From Octopus vulgaris (taxonomy: Eukaryota): 64,000 nt of DNA. The notes beneath the pieces were generated by a model, which made no database searches, had not been told where the DNA came from, and saw nothing but the letters and a program-made list of their open reading frames with translations. A program made the translations under genes and the position numbers. Positions 26,183 through 39,572 of the stretch are shown in pieces. Position 1 is the first letter of the stretch. Each line of letters starts with the position of its first letter. The stretch covers positions 101,618,001 through 101,682,000 of the forward strand of contig OX597820.1 of the NCBI GenBank assembly GCA_951406725.2, given 5' to 3'.

Positions 26183-26988
26183 TGAGGAGGTACCCAAAAG
26201 TTCTCCATGGGACAAGCCCGTTGTAGTTCAGACTTCCGCCGTTAGAAGCCACTTGATGCAGCCCACAGGTATCAGTCTTTCGCCGAAGTCCTTCTGCCAC
26301 GTTGTACGTCTTTTGTTTTTCCAGTGCTTCTCCCCTGTTTGTCGATTTTTGCGTTAGCTGAAACGAAGGAACAGCATACTTGCGTGAAATTATGTTTTCT
26401 GCCAGGGAAAACTATGGCCGTCACAGCTGTTATGCTTCAAACAGCTTACAAGAATGCTGCCATGGGCAAAACACAAGTTTACGAATGGTTACTTATCGCT
26501 TGAAGACCAACCTCGTTCAGGGCGACCGTCAGTCCTCATCCCCGGACGAATGCAAACATCACAAATATTCATGAACTGATCTTCGAGGATCGTCACCGAA
26601 CGATTGACGAACTTGATATGATTGGTGTGTTCTGGAGCCAACGAATTTTGAGCGAGGGATTGCAAGTGAAAAGAGATGCAGCAACATTTGTGCCTCGCTT
26701 GCTCATGGAAGATCAAAAGCAGTTGCGATTGAATGCGTGTCGTGAAGTGAAAGAACAGTTTGAAGTTGATCCGGACTTTTTTCGAAGGTCATCGCTGGTG
26801 ACGGAAGCTGGTGCAATGGAATTTGCAGATATGGAAGAGGTGAACAAAAAAATCGACGGAGGCGTTAACAGGCATCATTTTGCAGGAGTTCCAGCACTGC
26901 TTCGAACAGTGGAAAACGCATCAGGACAGTTGCATTGCTTCAAATGGAGAATATTACAAAATTCCGGTTTCTTTTGGGTACCCCCTCG
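26183..26988 (+). mobile_element. Internally deleted mariner transposon
   Basis: TIRs TGAGGAGGTACCCAAAAG / CTTTTGGGTACCCCCTCG with TA flanks. FVPRLL and VIAGDGSWC are joined directly to the C-terminal FADMEEV...CIASNGEY. Confidence 0.88.
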
Positions 26989-27079
26989 TACATACATAAG
27001 TCAAAAATTATACGCACCCTTGTTTGTTTCTATAATTTATCCAAACAAAAGCGGAGGGGGGGGGGGATTTTTGATGCAC

Positions 27080-28145
27080 TTTTTCTTGCGCTCTCATTCT
27101 ATCGGAGAAGGTGGTTCATAGCTGGTCGTGCAGCCATTTATGCACCACTTCCTACATTTCTCCGTCCGTAGCAAATCGACGACCTCGTAAAGGATGCTTG
27201 AGCGGTCCAATGGGGCGATAGTTGGAAGGGGCGAGATGTGGGCTGTATGCTAGGTGTTCCAGCAGCTCTAAGCCCAATTTTCCCATGGTTTCAACGATGT
27301 GGGCGGTTATCTGGGAGTGCCTTGTTGTGAAACAGTAATACTTGATTTGACCATTGACCTCGGTGTTTATCGCGAATTGCTGGTTTCAGTTTGTTGGCCA
27401 CTGGTAATGCTACAGTATAGGCCTTTTTGTGTCCCTAAAATCAGTTAGCATCACTGTTCTGCGTAAGAATGAGTTTTGACTTTCTCTTTCGGTGGCGATT
27501 CCGAGTATTTTGACTCAAGTTTCATCCTGTTACTATTCTCTCCCCAAAAGCTTCGCGTTCCCCGTTGTAGCGGTCAAGTAAACGTTCACAGATCTCCACA
27601 CAATTGCACTTACTCACTTTCGTAGCCTCTCTTGGCAGCCATCTGACATAGGCTTTATGGAAGCGAAATTTGTCATGGACGGATTCGTATGCAAAGCTAT
27701 GACTAATTTGCTGAGAACACACCACCTTATCGACGGTCTCTCGTCAGTTTATCAGAACCATAACTCGAGTTTGTTGCATCTTTACGTCATTGGTGGAGGT
27801 TGATGGGCATCCTGTAACTTCGTGCTTTACGCTTGTCCATACATTTTAAAACTTTTCGATCCTGTCACCAACACTTCTATGTGGTAGACCGATTTCCCCG
27901 TATTGTACTGAAAACGTGCGATGAACTTTAGCCCCTGACACACACCTTCAGATCAGAGAAATCGGATCACTGAGCTTTCCAGCCGAAAGATCATGTTTAC
28001 TCTGTAACACGAGAAAGAAAACTGGAGTAATCAAGAAAAAACCTCGCTTACGTAACCACAAGAGTGCTACCTTTTAGCAAGCGAGCGCTGACGGTAGTGC
28101 AGCCAACCTAAAGAATGTTGTGAATAATGTTTTACTTACCTTCGT
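27080..28145 (-). mobile_element. Decayed mariner transposase relic
   Basis: Minus strand: RWLPRE, RIVTG, AYSPHLAPSNY..GPLK..LRGRRFATD; ends approximate. Confidence 0.8.
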
Positions 28146-28160
28146 GTGTGTGTGTGTATA

Positions 28161-28660
28161 CGAAAATGGAGCAAAGAAATACTCCACTGTGGCCTTGAGA
28201 TCAGCTGAGTGGGCACTACTGCCTACTTACTGTGGCAAACGTGCGGCCAGAATAATGATAGGAAGAGTACCCCCTGAAATTGACAAGGAATGGCTATTGT
28301 TGTGTGGAAGTAGAACACCTCTGTTGGATGGTTCCTAATGGACTGTACCACAATATACACATTAGCTTCTGAAACAGCTGTAGTGAATTTTAACCCGTTT
28401 GTGTTCGTTCTTTATGAAAATACAACACTTGTAACCAGTAACCTTCCCTACGTTGGATCTGGAACTTACAGTGGATCCTATACAGAGGAAGATGCAGAAA
28501 TTTTGAAAATGTCCAAAACGACGGAGATGAACTGCTAGGGATATGGGCTAGAGGTGACGTCCATATAAGTCTGCCAGACCTCCATAAGACTGTGGAAGAG
28601 CTGGTTTTACCGGATGAGACTAGATTGAGACACATGAAGGCCAAGTGTAAAGCCGAGTTG
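28161..28660 (+). mobile_element. Probable Tx1/L1-clade ORF1 fragment, interrupted
   Basis: AKKYSTVALRSAEWALLPTYCGKRAARIMIGRVPPEI...GYGLEV...LPDETRL..HMKAKC (half zinc knuckle); family assignment from recalled similarity. Confidence 0.5.
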
Positions 28661-28748
28661 CGTATTGTGTTATTACTAGTATCTTGAGTAGAACAATTTG
28701 CAAGGGCATTGTTATTATTCCGTTATATTGTACGTCGAACGTGCGATG

Positions 28749-28807
<59 letters not shown>

Positions 28808-29639
28808 TTCCATATATGTATATGTGTATAAATATATGTATATATATACGTATATATATGTGTAAATATGTATGTGTAATATCTATATCTATGTAGATGT
28901 ATGTGATTGTATTTGCAATTACAAACGAGTGGATCAAACACGAGATATATAATATAAACTCTATTGTATTCAATACTTTTTTTTTCCTTCTACATGAAAA
29001 ATTAATTAAAACCATTTTAGTTCCCTCTAAAACTGTTTCTATTAAAGTGGTTGATGAAATTCGATTGATAATTACTCAAATCAATTATATTTGAAACACG
29101 TACAAGTTCTGTATTTTGTATTTTGTTCTTTTATTATTTTTGTTTTACTTTCTAGCATAAGTAATGTTACTTAGCTATTATTACTTGAATGATTACTCAA
29201 TATAACAACTTGGGCCTTGTGTGTTCTCTTTTAACATTTAGAAATGAAACTCAACGATATTCGTTTGTTGTAAAGTATTCATACAGTAATCAATCAAACC
29301 TATTAGTCCCAAGAGAAACCTGACCTGAGAGGAGAGATTATTAGTGACTCCAATCTAATGAACAATTATTCATTTAGAAATACCACTTTTTTGTAACGAT
29401 TTGTACGAGGGCTGCAGATTAGCAAAAGGTTCCCTGAAAGCAGACTATGTTACATGCTCGATTCTTTGTGAAGTTCTCTATTTTATTTGAAGTCATTATT
29501 ATTACCATCATTAAGGCGGTAAACTGGCAGAATCGTTAGCACGCTGGACGAAATGCTTAACTGTATTTTGCTCGTTGCTACGTTCCGAGTTCAAATTCCG
29601 CGTTGGTTTGACTTTGAATTTTATCCTTTTGGGGTCGCT

Positions 29640-30330
29640 TCCGCTTGTAATGGTATATTTTGGGAAAGATGTATTTATAGATTTTTTTCTGCGAGCGGAT
29701 TTGATTTTGATTCGTTAAAAAATTGATGAGATTTTTCTTCCGTGGGCAAGCTTGTCGTTTTGCTTGGTTAGTTTCCTTGCGGGTACGGTTATAGGTCGTT
29801 CCAGTTGACTGGTTCTCTTAAAGGGTCTTTTCGTTGTATTCGCTGAAGTTCGGTTTTGATTGGTTTGGAACTATGTGACATCAGCAACTGGTGTTTGTGG
29901 AATTTCATTGTACTGGAGGTGGGTGACGTCAGCATCTTGTGCTTGTGTGGTGATTTGGAGCTGCGGTTTCGAAACCGGGTGGAAGATTGTTACTAAAATT
30001 TTATTGTTTTTTGTGTTGAAATTGGGTGTTTTTTCTCTTCTTTATATTGCTTTTTCTTCTTTCTAAAGGATATTTAGCTGTGGTTTATATTTTTTAATCA
30101 GTATGTTTTCCTTATATAAACAGAATTGGGTTGAAGTGTTTCCAGTGCATTGATAGAGAGGGAAGATTTGGGATTTAGGGTTTTTGTCTACGGAGCATTG
30201 GTCTAGGTGCTGGCTAACGGGAATTTTCCTAGTGGTGGGGTCCCGGATTTGTTGTCTGTGCACCGTAAGTCTATCCCTCAAAGTTAAGCTTGTTTGACCA
30301 ATGTAGTATTCACCACAACATGGCAGTTAT
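29640..30330 (-). mobile_element. Penelope-like element fragment: GIY-YIG endonuclease C-terminus and downstream UTR
   Basis: YYIGQTSLTLRDRLTVHRQQIRD...VSQHLDQC...KENILIKKYKPQLN, with YIGQT, R..H, E and LN motifs. Confidence 0.82.
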
Positions 30331-30879
30331 GCTAACATTTTTCTACATCCATCTATGCTACATAGATGTAAACACATTTTTCTTCTTTCTTTCCTTCTCT
30401 TTTCCCTTGACACCCCTTTCAGATACACAGGCACCCATACACACGCGCACACATACACACACTCACAAAAGAAAAACACACACACTCACACACTCTCTCT
30501 CAGTGGACAATGATGAAAAGAAATCCAGAAAAATTTATGAAAAATAACTTTTATCAAAACAAGACCCCTATCCTTGAAGTAGCCACCTGGTTTTGCCATT
30601 TTAAAGGCCAAGAATCACTTTCTATTGAAAGAACTGACCAGCTGCATAGAGGTAAACAAATTTGTCTTCTTTCTCTCTTCTTTCATTCCTTCTCTTTTCC
30701 ATTGACACTCCTTTCAGACACACAGGGGCCCACACACACACGCACACACACACACACACGCACTATCTCTCTCTCTCTCTCTCTCACGTTCTTCCCATTG
30801 CTCACCCTCTTTTACTATCCTATATCTCTCTCCACCTCAACACACTTTAACTTTAACAAGAAATAACTTCCAAAATACA

Positions 30880-31007
30880 GAATTTTCTCAACAACACTAA
30901 GAGTAAAAGATGCTTTATGTGGCACATTCTACCAGTATACGAAGTTTGAAAGTGTTTAGTTACAAAAAAATATTTTTTAAATCTGTCGGTCAAAAGATAA
31001 AGATCCT
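30880..31007. mobile_element. Solo terminus of the GGATC-ended MITE family
   Basis: cattctaccagtatacgaagtttgaaagtgtttagtta...aaagatcc matches the TIR at 34745-34822. Confidence 0.75.
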
Positions 31008-31460
31008 TAATTGATTTTTTAAAAAAATATTGTTTAAATTAACTAATAATAATCTTCCCTTTAAAGGAACTCTTTCCCTCAGTTTGTTACTTTATACATG
31101 CATACATACACACACAAATGCATGAAACCTCGCTGTGACGCGCGCACACACACACGCACACATATATATTTTTATTTTTCAAGACACTGCTGTGCCAGTG
31201 GGTGTGTCATTGGCATGTTTTAAACTAGTGTTATTCACCTGCTCTGATCAAAGAAAATATCTTCAAGAACAATTTAGACAGGCAGAAAGAAAGAAAAAGA
31301 TGAATCTATTCCAGTACAGAACTGATACTTTATTTATCAATTCCAAAGTTGACTTCAGCAGGATTTGAACTCAGAAGGTAGAGAGCTGAAACACTGCAAA
31401 CAAATCTATCCCATGTTCTAATGGCTCGGCCAATACACCGTGTTAGATAGATAGATAGAC

Positions 31461-31528
<68 letters not shown>

Positions 31529-31548
31529 GGATGGATGGATGGATGGAT

Positions 31549-32060
31549 ATGTTTCTTTATTAGCCACACAGGGCTGCACACAGAAGGGACAAATTACAAG
31601 GTAGAGCTTTTCTTTTGGGGATAAAAAAGGGGAGTTGGTTTTCGATCAAAAGGGATCGTAAAAGGAAAGAAAGAGGAAAGCAAAAGCAAAAGAAGGGGGG
31701 GGGGTAAAATAAAAGGAAAAATAAAAAAATCGATCAATAGGGACCGTTATCACAGAAATGTCAATATAAAGTGTAAAGGGGAAGTCAGGTGTCTCTCGTC
31801 GACGCCCAGATTCTGCCCGAGAACGTCGTCGCACCTCCCCTCCATTAATCCTCTATAGAATGCCATTGTTGTAATGAAGTCGCACAAATTTGGTCCCGGG
31901 AGGCAGAGTTGCTTGAGAGCAACGCGACACTCGCGGTGCCATTCGCCCAGATTCGGTCTCTGTTTGATCCACAATTGTAGTTCGACCAAGGAGACGAGCT
32001 GCGGGAAAGCGCGTCGCACAAAAGGCGACCACACCTGTTCACCATCGTCCATGAAGCGCA
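31549..32060 (-). mobile_element. Tx1/L1-clade LINE piece (ORF2 post-RT segment fused to 3'UTR) inside (GATA)n
   Basis: EQVWSPFVRRAFPQLVSLVELQLWIKQRPNLGEWHRECRVAL..FYRGL followed by a T-rich UTR ending AATAAAGAAAC; GATA repeats on both sides. Clade from recalled similarity. Confidence 0.65.
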
Positions 32061-34462
32061 GATAGATAGGAACAAAAAAGTTTATCAAATCCATCTAGAT
32101 AACACGCGTATATTAGTTGATACAATTCAAGTCTGAACAAAACCGTTTATCAGAATCCAACCGTTCACCTTTCACAAATGCTTTGGTGTTTCCTTAATGT
32201 ATTATAATTTCTCATTGTTTCACATTCTGTTCATCCCTTATTTTTCTTTAATGTAATATATGAAATCCTCCGCACAAAGTTCTGCTTTTGTATCCTGTTG
32301 TAAGATAATAATATGGATTTATTCAAGCATAGAATTATACATAAATAGGTGGTTTCAATTGTTTTCGCGCTTGTGCGTGTGTGAGTTATTGCTTTTTATT
32401 TTTTTATAACCCTTTCAAAATAAAGCAATTTCATATTAACCTGATATCAATTATTTCATTTGTCCTCGTTCCAGCTCATAAATTTGCTTGTTTCCTTCAT
32501 TGATAATGGATCGATATAGAAAGATCCATATTCACTGGTGTTTTATATGTACACATTTTTCTATGTCAGTGAAATAGGCTCTTGGAAATTAATATTCCCA
32601 TTAAGAAAGGATTGGTTTTTATCTTGAAAAGACAACTTAAGAATACGGTGAGAACCACCAGATTTTATTGAGAATAACACTTTTAAGACTTCAGCAGTTT
32701 TTTTTTTTTAGCCTGTTAATAATGTATAGAAATATTAAGATATTTGACAACAATGGCTAACTTTCTTTTCAGTAGATGAATGCCACGTATCGTGGAGGAG
32801 AAATAAATCCAAGATAATTAGAATTTGCGTCCCAGTTTCGATTCCTGGTTAGAACCATTTCTACTCATTTATGTCACTAGTTTTTGGGAACAAGTTGACA
32901 TTTTAGAAATCTATTTTGAACGTGTATGCATATTCTGATGGAAAACCGAGATGCCATAGTGTTTATTACTATCAATGATTAACGTTATTTCGTAATACTC
33001 CTTTACATTCTGAGTTCAAATTCCACTTAGGTTAATTTTGCCGTTTATCCTGCCAAGTTGATAAAATAAAGTATCAGTGACGTGTTAGGGGTCATTCCAT
33101 ATTCCTATAATGGATCCTCTTGAAACTAAGTGGAAGTGCAAAAACCTAGGTTTGATGAGATTTTAATATTTTCTACAAAAGTGGATCAAACATCCAAAGA
33201 TTCAATCTTCGGTAACAAGATAATGCCATTGAATATAGAATATGAGGCAACCCTTGAAAAACAGAACTTCCACAACTTACACTCTCCGTTGAAAATTTCG
33301 GATTTCACACAAGTGTGTAAAAAGACAAAAAGCTTTTGTGTTGATCATAGTAGAATAAGCAAGTGGTTACCTGAATGTTCAACTCATCTGAAGCCATTGT
33401 ACTTGTACTTAGGTAGTTAACCACTTTGAGAGAATTGTGATAGTCATACACTTTCGCAAGGCTCATTCTTTCTCTTTCTTTCTCGGTAGCGAACAAGAAT
33501 CTATAATGAAAGCTTGATATAGAATATATTTTGGACGTTGTTCAAGGACAGAAGAACAACAGAGTGTAAGCGATAACAAAACAGAGATTTGAAAACAAAA
33601 TTAAGGTTACACACTATAAGCGATTGCAGTTGGTTTGAAAAAGCTACTGCCGAAGATGTATACTAAAATGTTAGGAAGAATCTGTATTAGATTGCAATAG
33701 GAGTAAACTGACGTAAAGAGTGATTTCTACTCCAGTAATAATTTCCGATTTTGACCCAAGGCTAGCTATTTTAGGGGGAGCGGACAAATCGATTACATCG
33801 ACCCTAATGCTCAATTAGTACTTATTTTATTGTAATAATGGTTTCAAATTTTGGCACAAGACCAACAGTTTTGGAAGGAGGGGATTATTCTATACCATCG
33901 GTCCCAGTTCTCAACGGGTACTTATATCATCGATCCCAAAAGACTGAAAGGCTGTTAACGACAGAGGAGTTTGAACTCAGACCATAAAGAGTCAGAAGAA
34001 ATGCCGTTAAGTATTTTTTCCGACGCGATATCGATTTTTTTCAGCTTGCCACTCGCCACCTTAATTACAATTCCAATAGTAATAAAATTGGAGATATACC
34101 GTTAAAATGGCAAAAGAATGAGCACGTATTGAATAGAATAGTTTGAAGAGATACTTAACCAACCAAACCTCATAACATCGTCCAGGGGTTATCATTAAAT
34201 CATTTCATTGACTTCTACAAGGTTTACAACTGTGGGTACAAAATGAGGGATCTTTAAATATTTTCATACATTATTTAAGTAGTACGACAATGTTTTCAAA
34301 AGTTTCTGCTTTAATTTCTAATTCTGTCTTCTGCGGTGAGACAAACTAAAACACCGGCGGCTATTTTACTAGTTATTTATTCTACCAGATCACCACACTG
34401 TACGTGGCAACGACTGAACGTCTACAAAATCGCTTGATCTGCTGCTAAATAGCTACCAAATC

Positions 34463-34822
34463 GGATCTTTTCCTTTTGAACGGCAGACAATTTCTAGTTA
34501 ACTAAACACTTTAAAACTTCGTATACTGGTAGAATGTGTCAAAATAAAACATTTTTTTCTCTTGGCTTTCTTGAGAAAATTGTAATTTGTTTGTTTAACG
34601 TAGTTTAATTTTTTGAATTTTAATCAATCCTATGCTCTCTTTTGAGCTAAAATCCTTTGCTGCGTCTAAAACTGAGACAACATCCTGTAACTAACCCTAA
34701 ATCTCCCCCCTAACCCTAACCCTAAATTCTTTTATAAACACCTTCTACCAGTATACGAAGTTTAAAAGTGTTTAGTTAACTAGAAATTGTGTTGACATTT
34801 GCCGTTCAAAAGGAAAAGATCC
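34463..34822. mobile_element. MITE with ~70-bp TIRs (GGATCTTTTCCTTTTGAACGGCA), 8-bp TSD and internal CCCTAA motifs
   Basis: TIRs visible; TSD accaaatc (34455-62) / accaaatt (34823-30). Confidence 0.9.
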
Positions 34823-35509
34823 ACCAAATTTCCCACAAGTCACAGTATTCTGTCTTAAGGAATAATTGGTCTGTTCAATTAAAGCTGACATGTAGTGAAA
34901 CAGCAACGATAAGCAGCTTAATGCTGAAAAGAGATTCTTACTTACGGTTTACTTGGAGAGGAATGAATCTAAGCATAAAGTTGTAGCAGCTCTGTACTAA
35001 GGTTTGAACCCGAGAGTTGTTTCTGATCATGGAATTCTATGTAATCAAATGCTGTACTTTCGAGTAATGTCGTCACCACAGCCTGTCCAATAAGATTTGA
35101 AATAGAACTTATAAAACGATACTATTCTGAAAAACCACAGATTAACAAACAAGAGAACTGAAGGTAGTCATTTATTCTTGTCAGGCATTATTCAAAATCA
35201 GCTGATGTCGACAGCCAGAACCATTCAAATACGAAGAGAGTGAAACTCGAACGATCTAAATCCTGCTAACCGAAGGACAACACTATGGCGGCTTACACTC
35301 ATCTTTATTTACTCACCTATATCGTCTCTGACTGAACAGACCTTTGGTGCAAGTGTCCTAGTTGTAAATATTTCGTCTCTTTTGTATACCAGAAACTATT
35401 GTTTAAGTAGGCAGGGTGTGGCTTAAGAATTTGACTGCTATTTCGAACAGACTGGTCGCCGAGATCAGCTGATATACATTACGTCACCTTACTTGTCCGT
35501 GCAGAAAAT

Positions 35510-35573
<64 letters not shown>

Positions 35574-36151
35574 CTTTTCGTTTCCTCCCATCAGAGAGAT
35601 GATTGGTGTAAAAGGCGGTGTAAAATATAAGAAAATACTTAAGGAAACTAAGATAAGGGATAAGAAAAAAGAATTTATGTTACATATGCAGATACGTGTC
35701 CAGTACAGTTCAATTAAATTCCCGTTGAACAATTATTATTTCTAAAGGTAAGATTAATGATCCAAAAATCTATTCTTCTGTTAACATCTCAAGTATTCAG
35801 ACATTTAAATTTCCTTAGATTTGGCTCGTGACGATATACCCAAATCTGTAACTTGGTTTCGAACAATTTCAGCCGGAATCATCAAATTTCACAGACTTCA
35901 ATGCAGATTTTGTATCTTTCTAGGAACTTCTTCCATGTGTCAAGGACCACACGACCACTACGTTTCAACAACTTCTATTATCACGACTTCTAGGAGCATA
36001 ACTTAGAAGTAAATGACCTACGCTTTAATGTGACCAATAGCTTACAGACAGCTTGGCTTCACTAAAATAATCCTATGAATCTGCAAGCACAGGAGCGATT
36101 TCGTTTGACTATATACCTAGAAGACGGAAAAGCCGGTGGCAATATGGTTTG

Positions 36152-36762
36152 GGATCTTTTCCTTTTGAACGGCAGATGTCAACACAATTTCTAGTTAACT
36201 AAACACTTTTAAACTTCGTATACTGGTAGAATGTGTTTATAAAACATCATTTTCTCTCGGTTTTATTGAGAAAATTCTATAGTTTGTAAGATATTTCGTC
36301 TGAAAATCCGAGCATTTCGGCAATTTTAACCAATCGATTACCGCCATTCAACTAAAATCATTTGCTGCGTCTAAAACTGAGACAATATCCTGTAACTAAC
36401 CCTAAACCTCCCCCCTAACCCTCATTTTTTTTTCTTAATTGTTAAATAAATTTAATTCCATTGCTTTAATTTTTTTTTACACGCGTAACAATTAAGAAAA
36501 AAAATTTAGGGTTAGGGGGGAGGTTTAGGGTTAGTTACAGGATGTTGTCTCAGTTTTAGACGCAGCAAATGATTTTAGCTCAAAAGAGAGCATAGGATTG
36601 GTTAAAATTCGAAAAATTAAACTACGTTAAACAAACAAATTACAATTTTCTCAAGAAAGCCAAGAGAAAAAAATGTTTTATTTTGACACATTCTACCAGT
36701 ATAGGAAGTTTTAAAGTGTTTAGTTAACTAGAAATTGTCTGCCGTTCAAAAGGAAAAGATCC
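36152..36762. mobile_element. Foldback version of the same MITE (about 290-bp arms)
   Basis: Arms 36152-36444 and 36486-36762 are reverse complements; flanks tggtttg / tggttttg. Confidence 0.9.
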
Positions 36763-37444
36763 TGGTTTTGTTCTTATGGATCACTAATTGACAAAAAGAT
36801 CATTTTCAGCCGTAAACATGAAACTGGTTGGTCCCTCGTTTTTTGTGTCTAGCCAAATGAAATTGTATCACTAAAGCGTACCCGTGCGTTCAAAATGCTA
36901 AGCTCAAAATCGGAAATGTTAAGTTCAACCATTCTTACATTACATACAGTGGCTTATTTCATCGTCAACGAAGGGGTTCAACGTAGAGTCAATTCCGATA
37001 AGATTGGATCTCATGACATATAGGAACGCTACTTAATCTTGTTTTCCGCAATAAGCAGCAGGGCCAGGTATTTTTGGGTAAGCAAAAATGCCTTGCATCA
37101 TTTAGTTATGCCGATTTTAGGCTCTGAGATCAAATCACAATGAAGTCGACTTCACCTTTCATTTCACGTTCTGAGTTCAAATTCCGCTGTGGTCTTTCAT
37201 CTTCTCGGGGTGGATGAAATATGTGCCGGAAGAAATGTCGCTCAGCATTTCGTCCGATTCAGCGAGGTCGGCGACTTCATTTTTCGGATAAAATAGAAAT
37301 AGTTAAAGGGCAGCTCGTCTATGAGTGTGTGTGCGCGTGTAGAGAAAGAGAGAGATGGAGAGGTGTGTAGAGAGGTGTGTGTGTGTAGAGGGAGAGAGAG
37401 AGGTGTGTGTAGAAAGAGGTATGTAGAGAGAGAGGTGTATGTGA

Positions 37445-37482
<38 letters not shown>

Positions 37483-38773
37483 TTGCCCATGAAAATTTTC
37501 TATTCGTCCATTGATGTTTCCTGATTAGCTATGTTTTTTGTCTTCTTTGCAGTTACAGGTAAGAATTTAATAGCAATTTTGGAGTTTATGTTATCAAAAT
37601 TTGATTAAAATGCAACAACAAAAAAAAACATTGGAAAAAAGATATCGATTTTCTAAAACCGTTAAGGCGGTGAGCTGGTAGAATCGTTGGCGCAGCGAAC
37701 AAAATGCTTAGCGACATTTTATCCGTCTTTACGTTGTGGATTCAAATTCTGCTGAGCTCGACATTGCTATTCATTCTTTCGGGTCGATGAAATAGGTACC
37801 TATTGAGTACTGGGGGTCCATCTAGTCAAACGACCCTAGTCCCTCGAAATTGCTGGCATTGTGCCAAAATGTGAAACCAATATAGACACAGTACCGGAAA
37901 TTTTATATTCGATTACATTGACCCAGATTAAAGGTTAAGTCGACTTCGGTGGAATTTGAACTCAGAAACGACCCTAAGCATTTTTGACCGGCTTGCTTAC
38001 GATTCTGCCAGCTCAGCGCCTCAATTTTTCGGCTAAAATAGAAATAGTTCAAGCGCGGCTTGTCTGTAAGCGTGTGGGCGCATATATGTGTGTTTGTGTG
38101 TGCGTGCGTGTGTGTGTGTGTGTGCGTCTCCACGTGTATGTGTATTCATCTGTATGTATATGTGTGTGTGTGTGTGAGTGCGTGTGAGTGTGTGTGCATT
38201 TTTGTGTGTATGTGTATTTGTGTATGCGTGCGTCTGTGTATGTATATGCGTGCCTGTGTGTGTATGTGTGTGTCCGTGTGTGGGTGTACGTGCGTTTGTA
38301 TGTGTGTGCGCGCACGCGTATCTCTGTGTGTGTGTGTGTGTATGTGTGCATTAAAAATTGAAGAAGAGATCTAAGATGGCAGTTCAAAGTAGGCAGTTCA
38401 AAGGGAAATTGTTAAACGTGATTTACAACTGTTAGAGAGGTTATAAATTCTATTGATATGTTATGATTCTGTGTTGGAAAAGAAAGAAAAAAAGAAGAAA
38501 TTTAGATGAGAACGAAGAACTGTAAGCAAAAAGGCAAGGATTTCAAAAGCTAAGATCAAAAGTTTCAACTGGGCTAAAATGTTCTCCAACAAAAGACACG
38601 AATTTGGTGTTAATTTAAGACCATTTATTTTTTTTAGTGGAGTTTGCTTTGGTAGATTTTTAAAAAAATCTTTTACTTGTTTCAGTCATTAGAGCGCGGC
38701 CATACTACGACACCAACTTAGAGAATTTTAGTCGAATGAACTGGTACCAGTAGCGTGGTATTTATTCTACTGG

Positions 38774-38979
38774 AAGGCGGCGAGCAGGCAGAAACGTTAG
38801 CACGTCTGCCGCTACGTTCTGAGTTCAAATTCCGCCGAGGTCAACTTTGCCTTTCATCCTTTCGGGGTCGATTAAATAAGTACCAGTTACGCACTGGGGT
38901 CGATATAAACGACTTAATCCCTTTGTCTGTCCTTGTTTGTCCTCTCTGTGTTTAGCCCCTTGTGGGTAGTAAAGAAATA
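38774..38979 (+). mobile_element. SINE family B with perfect 17-bp TSD, nested in an old family A copy
   Basis: ggtatttattctactgg at 38757-38773 and 38980-38996. Confidence 0.92.
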
Positions 38980-39479
38980 GGTATTTATTCTACTGGTTCC
39001 TTTTCTCGAAGCGCTAAATTATGGGGTGTTTTCAAACGATGGTTGGATCAAACACAGACAGGGAGACACACATGCTTACACACACACATGGCGGGCTTCT
39101 TTCAGTTTCTGTTTACCAAGTCCACTCGCAAGGTTTTGGTTGACCCAAGGCTATAGTAGAAAACACTTGCCCAAGGTGAAGCACAGTGGCATTGAACCTG
39201 AACCATGTTGTTCGCAAACTTCTTACAACACACCCATGCATTTTATGAAAGTATGTTTGTAAGTGCTGTTTTGACTAATAATAACAGGAAAATCTAGAAC
39301 AAATTCTTTTACTCTTTCACTTGTTTCTGTCATTGGATTCCGGCCATGCTGGATCACCGCTTTGATAATTTAGTCGAACAATTCACCCTCAATACTTTTC
39401 TTTATTGTAGTAAATTTGACTTACAGCTGTATATAATACATTTTATATGTATATATATAATACATTATGTAGATAGATA

Positions 39480-39552
39480 CCTTTCTTTATTGGCCACACA
39501 GGGCCGAACACAGAGGGGGAAAATATAAATGTAGAGCTTTTCTTTTCGAAGA
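39480..39552 (-). mobile_element. Extreme 3' end of the same Tx1-like family inside (GATA)n
   Basis: tttctttattggccacacagggc...gtagagcttttctttt matches 31552-31616. Confidence 0.75.
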
Positions 39553-39572
39553 TGGAATAGATAGATAGATAA

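Noticed and set aside
33130-33420. 96-aa non-repetitive ORF
   Set aside because: GTG start, no recognisable motif or splice signals; possibly decayed transposon sequence.
34690-34725. CCCTAA repeats as an interstitial telomere
   Set aside because: Only a few units, and they are an internal part of a MITE.
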